Origin: Alphaproteobacteria bacterium
GTDB lineage: Bacteria; Pseudomonadota; Alphaproteobacteria; RF32; CAG-239
Direction of reading: 5' to 3'
Assembly: GCA_028706255.1 (NCBI GenBank)
Contig: JAQWBS010000001.1
Span: 23,617-87,616 of the forward strand
Length of the DNA stretch: 64,000 bases
The position numbers and the translations under genes were made by a program. The notes beneath the pieces were generated by a model. It saw only the letters and a list, made by a program, of their open reading frames with translations, ran no database searches and was not told the origin of the DNA. Positions 57,540 through 64,000 of the stretch are shown piece after piece (within the stretch, counting starts at the first letter, position 1; each line of letters begins with the position of its first letter).

Positions 57540-58400
57540 ATGTTTTTTAAAGCAAAAGACAAAAAAGATGATTCTAAAAAGGTGAGTTTGCCAAAAGACT
57601 GGCCATATCGCCTCATTGGAAATTTATTTTTGCTTTCAACAATCTTTTGCCTCTCTCTCGTCACCATCACCATTCGAGATGAACTCATTTCTAAAAAGCT
57701 CTTCGACTTAGAACAAAGTTTTTACGCAAAAACAACCAAGCTTGGTTTCACAATTGATGACATCATCATTGAAAATCGTCAACGAACATCCCTAAAAGAA
57801 ATCGAAAGAAAACTTGAACTCAATCGTGAGCATAATATCTTAAGCAGCAATCCAAGAACCATTAAGGAAAAACTTAAGGAATTGCCATGGATTAAGGATG
57901 TCACCGTTCGCAGAAATTTTTTCCCGAATGTCATTCAGGTTTCGCTCAAAGAAAAAAATGTGAAAGCCATTTGGCAACTTAACAACAAATTTCATCCCAT
58001 TGATGAAGATGGCAACATCATTGAGGCAGAATATATCCCCCATAAGCCAACTTTACTCATTGTAGGGAAAGGTGCACCAGAAAACTTTAAAAACTTAATT
58101 GAAGTGGCGCAGAAAAACCCAGAAATCTATGACCGAATCAAGGTTGCAAACTACATTTCTAATCGCCGCTGGAATTTAATTTTAGACAGCATTGACCATG
58201 GCATAACCATCAAACTTCCTGAAGAAGAAGTGGAAAAAGCATGGGCAAAATTGATAAAAATAGACAAGTCAGAAGGCATTCTTAAACGTAAATTAACTAT
58301 CATAGATTTAAGATTACCCAATAAAGTTATTGTAAAAATCGGCAAGATTTCAGACAAAGAAAAAGAAACTATAAAAAACAGCAAAGAATCAAAAACTTAA
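57540..58400 (+). CDS. ftsQ: Cell division protein FtsQ
   Basis: An N-terminal TM segment plus a POTRA/FtsQ-type domain, between murB and ftsA. Confidence 0.8.
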   Translation: MFFKAKDKKDDSKKVSLPKDWPYRLIGNLFLLSTIFCLSLVTITIRDELISKKLFDLEQSFYAKTTKLGFTIDDIIIENRQRTSLKEIERKLELNREHNILSSNPRTIKEKLKELPWIKDVTVRRNFFPNVIQVSLKEKNVKAIWQLNNKFHPIDEDGNIIEAEYIPHKPTLLIVGKGAPENFKNLIEVAQKNPEIYDRIKVANYISNRRWNLILDSIDHGITIKLPEEEVEKAWAKLIKIDKSEGILKRKLTIIDLRLPNKVIVKIGKISDKEKETIKNSKESKT

Positions 58401-58415
58401 AAAAGAGGGATACCA

Positions 58416-59669
58416 GTGACAAATACGTTCAACCGACTAACAACAATTGCAGCTTTAGATATCGGTTCATCTAAAGTGTGTTGCATTATTGCAAAAATTA
58501 GTCGTGACAAGAAAGTATCAATCGCTGGCTATGGTTATAAAGCCTCTAAGGGAATAAAAAACGGCGTCATTACAGACATTAATCAAGCAACTTTTGCCGT
58601 TTGCAACGCCATTGAAGACGCTGAACAAATGGCAAATGAACGCATCAATCGAATCATTGTCAACATTTCAGGCGACAAAATTGAAAGTGTCATTAAAAAT
58701 GCCCTCATTCAAATCAATAAAAATCGTCCAATAACAGAAGCAGACATCAACAAAGTTGTTGATAAGGGCATTAGTAAGGTAAATGTTGGCAACAACGAAC
58801 TTGTCCACTGCATTCCAACAAAGTTTAGAGTAAACAATGGGGAAGAAACAAAAGACCCTCGTAACATCTTTAGCGAAACGCTTTCTGTTGATATTTTGCT
58901 TGGACTTGTGCCAGAAATTAATTATCTCAATTTAGCAACCGTCATTGAAAACTCTCACTTAGAAATTGCGGGCAAAGCTTTTTCTGCTTATGCCTCTTCT
59001 CTTTCCTGCCTTGTTGATGATGAGAAAAAAATTGGAGCAACATTAATTGACATTGGTGGCGGAACAACAAGCATTGCCACCTTCCAAAATGACTATCCTG
59101 TTTATTTTGATTCAATTGGGGTTGGTGGAAACAACATCACAAATGACATTGCTTGGGGATTAACCACCTCTTTCACACATGCAGAAAAGTTAAAGAACTT
59201 ACATGGTTGTGCATTTCTCACGACACAAGATCAAGAAGAAACTTTAAACATCTATCCTGTTGGTGAAGAAGATGATAGCTCAATCCGTCAAGTTCCAAAA
59301 TCTGACCTCATCAATATCATCACGCCTCGTGTTGAAGAAATCTTTGAATTAATCAATAAAAAGCTAGACGAAATAGGCTTAAAAGATGTATCAAGTCACC
59401 GTGTCGTTTTAACTGGGGGCACAAGTCAACTCCCTGGGATTAGAGAAATTGCCAGCATGGTCTTGGATAAGCAAGTGAGACTAGGACGTCCACGCAACAT
59501 CGTTAACTTGCCAGACACGCTTTGTAATCCTTCTTTTGCAACAGCTCTTGGTTTGATTTCTTTTGCCCTTAATTATACCGAAAAAAAACCGGCAAAAATT
59601 ATTAGTAAATCCACATCAAGCAATGGATTCTTCAGTGGAATCTTCGGTTGGGTTAAACAAAATTTTTAA
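58416..59669 (+). CDS. ftsA: Cell division protein FtsA
   Basis: Actin-fold motifs ALDIGSSKV and DIGGGTT. The start is GTG. Confidence 0.9.
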   Translation: MTNTFNRLTTIAALDIGSSKVCCIIAKISRDKKVSIAGYGYKASKGIKNGVITDINQATFAVCNAIEDAEQMANERINRIIVNISGDKIESVIKNALIQINKNRPITEADINKVVDKGISKVNVGNNELVHCIPTKFRVNNGEETKDPRNIFSETLSVDILLGLVPEINYLNLATVIENSHLEIAGKAFSAYASSLSCLVDDEKKIGATLIDIGGGTTSIATFQNDYPVYFDSIGVGGNNITNDIAWGLTTSFTHAEKLKNLHGCAFLTTQDQEETLNIYPVGEEDDSSIRQVPKSDLINIITPRVEEIFELINKKLDEIGLKDVSSHRVVLTGGTSQLPGIREIASMVLDKQVRLGRPRNIVNLPDTLCNPSFATALGLISFALNYTEKKPAKIISKSTSSNGFFSGIFGWVKQNF

Positions 59670-59776
59670 GATTATTCTCAAAAAACAGGAAAAAATAAAT
59701 CTTAGTAACTAAAACTTAAATTTTTAAGCTTATCCTAGGGAATATGTTATGAAGAATTCAATGGAGTAATGAATAA

Positions 59777-61471
59777 ATGTCAATTAAACTTACAGTACCG
59801 GAAAAGACTGTGATGCACCTCAAACCAAGAATTTCGGTTATAGGTGTTGGCGGCGGAGGCGGCAATGCAGTGAACAACATGATTTCTCAAAACCTTGAAG
59901 GGGTAGATTTCATTGTTGCCAACACAGACTCTCAAGCGCTTGCTAACTCTAAAGCTGGCAGAAAAATTCAACTTGGTTTAGAAACAACCAGAGGGCTCGG
60001 CGCTGGTGCAAATCCTGACATTGGTAAAATTTCTGCAGAAGAAGCCATTGAAGAAATCGAAAGAGAACTAGACGGCGTAAATATGGTTTTCATTACCGCT
60101 GGTATGGGTGGTGGAACTGGCTCTGGTGCTGCACCTGTTATCGCCAGAATGGCTCGTGAAAAAGGCATTTTAACCGTTGGTGTTGTAACCAAACCTTTCC
60201 AGTTTGAAGGCCGTAAACGTTCAGAAATCGCAGATAGATCCATTGAAGAATTTGCTGGTAATGTTGACAGCATCATTATCATTCCAAACCAAAATCTTTT
60301 CAGAATTGCTGATAAGAACACAACCCTTGCTGATGCATTTGTGATGGCAGATAATGTGCTTTATGCAGGCATTCGCTCCATTACAGATTTGATGATTATG
60401 CCAGGGCTTATCAACCTAGACTTTGCCGATGTAAAATGTATTATGGAAGGCAAAGGCAAAGCCATTATGGGAACAGGCGAAGCAGAAGGCGAAGATCGTG
60501 CCGTTAAAGCTGCCGAACAAGCCTTGTCAAACCCACTTCTTGACGACTGCTCTGTGATTGGGGCACAAGGGGTGCTCATCAATATCACAGGTGGTTCAGA
60601 TATCACTTTGTTTGAAATTGACGAAGCGGCTAATCGCATTAAAGAAGAAATTGCCGAAGATGCAAACATCATCTTTGGATCCAGCTACGATGAAACACTT
60701 GACGGAAAAATTCGAGTTTCTATCGTTGCAACAGGAATTGCTGCAGCAACAAGAGAAATCAAAAAACCTGTTGTGATTGAACAAAAAGCTGTCATTGCAA
60801 ACGAAATTAATATTCCAAAAGAAACACTTTCTGCAAATCTTGAAAAATTCTCTGCAACAAAGATTGAAGTTGAAGAAGATTTTGAAGAAGAAGATATTAT
60901 TCCTGATGTCATTAAAGAATTCGAAAACATTGAAAATAGCATCATCGAGCATGAACTTGAGAGTATTTCTGAAAATAACGTCTTAGAAGAAATGACACAA
61001 AAACCAATTAGAATTGAAGACTTTGAAACATATGATGATTTAGAAAAATCTATCATTATGGATGAAATGCCAAAAGCATCTTCTCTCTTCAAGGCAATTG
61101 TAAACAAACCTGAAAAACAATCTGTTGAAAGCCAACTTGAAATTGCTTTAGCTGCAAGCCAAAATACATTTGCACCAAAAGCAACTATCAAGATTTCTGA
61201 AGACGAACCAGAGCTCTTCCCAGACCACAATCCAAATGCTTTCTCTGGCCACAGACACGAAGCTCAAGAAGAATTGATTGTGAACAATGAAGATGAGTAT
61301 ACTCCAACTCTAATTGAGCGTGTAACTGGCTTCTCAATTGCAAAAAGAAATAAAAAGAAAAAAGAAGAAGAACAATTTCAACAACCAATTTCTCCTTCTT
61401 TCATTAGAGAAGACAATTATTCAGACAATAAACTGAACTTGGAAATCCCTTCTTTTTTACGTCGTAAATAG
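59777..61471 (+). CDS. ftsZ: Cell division protein FtsZ (long C-terminal linker)
   Basis: [14 protein letters not shown] and the T7 loop. A C-terminal linker of about 240 aa ends with the conserved EIPSFLRRK peptide. Confidence 0.95.
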   Translation: MSIKLTVPEKTVMHLKPRISVIGVGGGGGNAVNNMISQNLEGVDFIVANTDSQALANSKAGRKIQLGLETTRGLGAGANPDIGKISAEEAIEEIERELDGVNMVFITAGMGGGTGSGAAPVIARMAREKGILTVGVVTKPFQFEGRKRSEIADRSIEEFAGNVDSIIIIPNQNLFRIADKNTTLADAFVMADNVLYAGIRSITDLMIMPGLINLDFADVKCIMEGKGKAIMGTGEAEGEDRAVKAAEQALSNPLLDDCSVIGAQGVLINITGGSDITLFEIDEAANRIKEEIAEDANIIFGSSYDETLDGKIRVSIVATGIAAATREIKKPVVIEQKAVIANEINIPKETLSANLEKFSATKIEVEEDFEEEDIIPDVIKEFENIENSIIEHELESISENNVLEEMTQKPIRIEDFETYDDLEKSIIMDEMPKASSLFKAIVNKPEKQSVESQLEIALAASQNTFAPKATIKISEDEPELFPDHNPNAFSGHRHEAQEELIVNNEDEYTPTLIERVTGFSIAKRNKKKKEEEQFQQPISPSFIREDNYSDNKLNLEIPSFLRRK

Positions 61472-61484
61472 TTGTTATAAACCG

Positions 61485-61519
61485 AAAAAAGAGCAAGAAT
61501 TTCTTGCTCTTTTTTTTAT
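61485..61519. terminator. Bidirectional rho-independent terminator (AGAGCAAG-loop-CTTGCTCT + T8)
   Basis: An 8-bp stem flanked by A5 and T8. Confidence 0.7.
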
Positions 61520-61528
61520 TCCTAAAAA

Positions 61529-61852
61529 CTACTTTTCTTCTCTTTTTTTGATTTCCTCGTTCACCTCATCCAAGTAATAACCCGCCATGGTTTTTGAATA
61601 TTTTGGACTAGTCAAACTGTTTCCGAGGACTGGAACATAAGGAACATGAGACGAAAAATATTCCTTTAATTCTTTTAGTTCGTCATCTGTTGCTGCACTT
61701 GGATTCTCCTTAAAATGATGATAAAGATTATCTATCCGAGTTTGTTTAGGAGAAGATGTGTAAATTTTTTTAATGATAATCGGCAATAGATATACAAAGA
61801 AAAAAATAACAACAACAGCAACAATAAAAACAACAATAATAAATGTTTTCAT
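61529..61852 (-). CDS. Small N-terminally anchored protein, paralog 1
   Basis: An N-terminal TM segment (FIIVVFIVAVVVIFFFVYLLPIII) and a soluble part containing PSAATDDELKELKEYFSS. Confidence 0.5.
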   Translation of the reverse strand: MKTFIIVVFIVAVVVIFFFVYLLPIIIKKIYTSSPKQTRIDNLYHHFKENPSAATDDELKELKEYFSSHVPYVPVLGNSLTSPKYSKTMAGYYLDEVNEEIKKREEK

Positions 61853-61978
61853 AACTTTGTTTTTTAATAGTTAGTAAATAATTTTGAATATGTAAAAAGG
61901 CTAGCATTAAAATCAAAATTTTGCAACTAAAAACAAAAAAGGAACTCATAAGAGCTCCTTTTTATTTGGAAAACAGGT

Positions 61979-62314
61979 TTATGCCTGTTGATGCCTTTTT
62001 GAAATTTCTTCCAAAATCTTGCTCGCTTTATAGCCTAAAAACGTCTCCAAATTAACAACCGTTCTCCCACATTCAGAATCAACCGTAGAAGTAAGAAAAG
62101 CTGAATTAGAAAAATAGTCGAACATATTAGAAAGTTCCTTATCCGACACATCTGATGCATTACTTTCAAAACGAGAAAAAAGAGTGTTCATTCTCAGTTC
62201 TTTGATATTTAAATATCTGAAATAAACCTCAAAAAAATCTCTAATTCTCGAAATGTTGATAAGCAAAAGAGGCAAGCCAACTAAAACAAAAACAAGTAAT
62301 AATGTCTTTCCCAT
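61979..62314 (-). CDS. Small N-terminally anchored protein, paralog 2
   Basis: An N-terminal TM segment (LLLVFVLVGLPLLLINI) and a soluble part with ASDVSDKELSNMFDYFSNS, homologous to the segment in 61529-61852. Confidence 0.5.
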   Translation of the reverse strand: MGKTLLLVFVLVGLPLLLINISRIRDFFEVYFRYLNIKELRMNTLFSRFESNASDVSDKELSNMFDYFSNSAFLTSTVDSECGRTVVNLETFLGYKASKILEEISKRHQQA

Positions 62315-62386
62315 GGCAAAATAATTTTAAGGTGAATAAATAATTTGTGTATCCCTTAAGTTTGCCACAAATATTTTTGTTTGCAA

Positions 62387-62424
62387 CAAAAAAAGAGATG
62401 GCAATTTCTTGCCATCTCTTTTTC
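62387..62424. terminator. Bidirectional rho-independent terminator after rpoC (AGAGATGGCAA-tttc-TTGCCATCTCT)
   Basis: A perfect 11-bp stem flanked by A7 and T5. Confidence 0.75.
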
Positions 62425-62439
62425 TTTAGTTCAAATCAA

Positions 62440-64000
62440 TTATGCATTTTCGGCAGCTTCGATAACAACATCAGCTGTTACTTCAGCATTTTTCAATGCA
62501 GCAATTTCTTTGTCATTTTGTGCAGCAACGCGACGTAGGGCACGAAGAACACTACCTGTTCCGGCAGGGATCAAACGACCAACGATTACGTTTTCTTTCA
62601 AACCAATCAACTTATCTGTCTTACCAGAAACAGCAGCTTCTGTGAGGACTCTAGTTGTTTCTTGGAATGACGCAGCAGAAATGAATGACTTCGTTTGAAG
62701 TGATGCTTTAGTGATACCAAGCAAGATAGAATCTGCTTCAGCAGGTACACCGTTTTCAGCAAGAGCTTTAGCATTTTCAGCTTCAAATTCGTCTCTATCT
62801 ACTTGTTCGCCGATCAAGAATGTTGTGTCACCAGGAGCTGTGATTTCAACTTTTCTAAGCATTTGAGAAACGATTGTTTCAATGTGCTTATCGTTGATTT
62901 TCACACCTTGGAGACGGTAAACGTCTTGAACTTCTTTAACCAAGTATTCAGCCAATTTTTCAACACCGAGAACACGCAAGATATCGTGTGGAGCAGGAGT
63001 TCCGTCTACGAGCAAATCTCCCTTCTTAACAATATCACCATCGTGAACAACAAGGTGACGGCCTTTTGGCACGAGATATTCAATAGGTTCGCCTTTCTTA
63101 GGAATGACACGAATTCTTTGTTTTGTCTTATAGTCTTTTCCATATTCAACCATACCATCAATATCAGAGATGATAGCTTGATCTTTTGGACGACGAGCTT
63201 CAAAGAGTTCAGCCACACGTGGAAGACCACCGGTAATATCTTTTGTTTTAGAGCTTTCACGAGGAATTCTTGCTAAAACATCACCAACTTTCACTTCTGC
63301 ACCATTCTCAACGCTCAAGATTGCATCAACTGCCAAATAGTAACGAACTTCCTTACCATTGTCATAGTTCACAACATGACCTTTAGAGTCTTTGAGCATA
63401 ATGCTTGGTTTCAAGCCTTGTGTTCCAGTTTTTCCATTTCTCCAGTCAGTAACCACCTTAGAAACAATACCAGTTGTTTCATCGATAGTTTCTCTAACAG
63501 AAACGTTATTAATCAAGTCAACAAGTTCAATCTTACCTGCTTTTTCAGTGATAACTGGGATAGTAAATGGATCCCATTCAGCCACTTTTTGACCTTTCTT
63601 AACTTTGCTTTCTTCTTTAACAAGAACTTTAGCACCGTAAGGAATGTGGTGACGAGATTTTTCACGACCTTTTTCGTCTTCAATAACGATATCGCAGTTA
63701 CGAGCAAGGATAATGATGTTGCCATCAGAATCAGTGATTGTACGTTTGTTATCAAGTTTCAAAACACCAGCGAATGGAACTTCAACAGCAGATTGTTCAG
63801 CACCTTTTTGTGCCGCACCACCGATGTGGAAGGTTCTCATTGTCAACTGTGTACCAGGTTCACCGATAGATTGAGCGGCAATAACACCAACTGCTTCACC
63901 GATAGAAACAGCCAAACCTCTTGCCAAGTCACGACCATAACAAGCAGCACAAACGCCATTTTGACATTCACAAGTGAGAACAGAACGAATTTTAACTTGT
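62440..64000 (-). CDS. rpoC: DNA-directed RNA polymerase subunit beta', C-terminal part (gene continues beyond window end)
   Basis: The conserved beta' C-terminal region is present ([38 protein letters not shown]...). The reading frame is open to nt 64000. Confidence 0.9.
   Translation of the reverse strand, partial: QVKIRSVLTCECQNGVCAACYGRDLARGLAVSIGEAVGVIAAQSIGEPGTQLTMRTFHIGGAAQKGAEQSAVEVPFAGVLKLDNKRTITDSDGNIIILARNCDIVIEDEKGREKSRHHIPYGAKVLVKEESKVKKGQKVAEWDPFTIPVITEKAGKIELVDLINNVSVRETIDETTGIVSKVVTDWRNGKTGTQGLKPSIMLKDSKGHVVNYDNGKEVRYYLAVDAILSVENGAEVKVGDVLARIPRESSKTKDITGGLPRVAELFEARRPKDQAIISDIDGMVEYGKDYKTKQRIRVIPKKGEPIEYLVPKGRHLVVHDGDIVKKGDLLVDGTPAPHDILRVLGVEKLAEYLVKEVQDVYRLQGVKINDKHIETIVSQMLRKVEITAPGDTTFLIGEQVDRDEFEAENAKALAENGVPAEADSILLGITKASLQTKSFISAASFQETTRVLTEAAVSGKTDKLIGLKENVIVGRLIPAGTGSVLRALRRVAAQNDKEIAALKNAEVTADVVIEAAENA

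Overview
This 64-kb window is an AT-rich chromosomal core region from what looks like an alphaproteobacterium, probably an obligate-intracellular Rickettsiales/Holosporales-like lineage. Supporting evidence for that placement: the miaB-ybeZ-ybeY-corC-lnt-XRE-trmB gene order, adk sitting inside the spc operon, an alphaproteobacterial FtsZ N-terminus, and a single tuf in the str operon. The bulk is housekeeping. On the minus strand are the str operon (rpsL-rpsG-fusA-tuf), the S10-spc-alpha ribosomal-protein operons through rplQ, and the 3' part of rpoC. On the plus strand are kdsD-lptCAB-rpoN-hpf-ptsN, infA, the miaB-to-trmB block, ndk and a reduced dcw cluster (mraY-ftsW-murB-ftsQ-ftsA-ftsZ). 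Also present are folD, a yggU/yggT pair, ackA-pta and a nadE-nadM pair. I found no rRNA, tRNA, CRISPR array or IS element. The most unusual items are listed below.
- A family of ~85-nt imperfect-palindromic elements sits directly 3' of the stop codons of rpoA, rpmD and tuf (three copies). Their closing stems differ in sequence between copies but stay complementary.
- A 1264-aa autotransporter carries Chlamydia Pmp-type GGA[IV]/FxxN repeats.
- A secreted cysteine-rich protein is built from two kinds of tandem modules.
- A free-standing protein with two RNA-polymerase alpha-CTD-like domains lies just downstream of rpoA-rplQ, flanked by a duplicated terminator hairpin.
- A Francisella-like nadE/nadM pair lies in a 3.5-kb block that splits tuf from rpsJ.
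- There is a catalytically degenerate half DEAD-box protein.
- An orphan PAS histidine kinase has a Cys/His cluster.
- Several intra-operon spacers hold nested palindromes.
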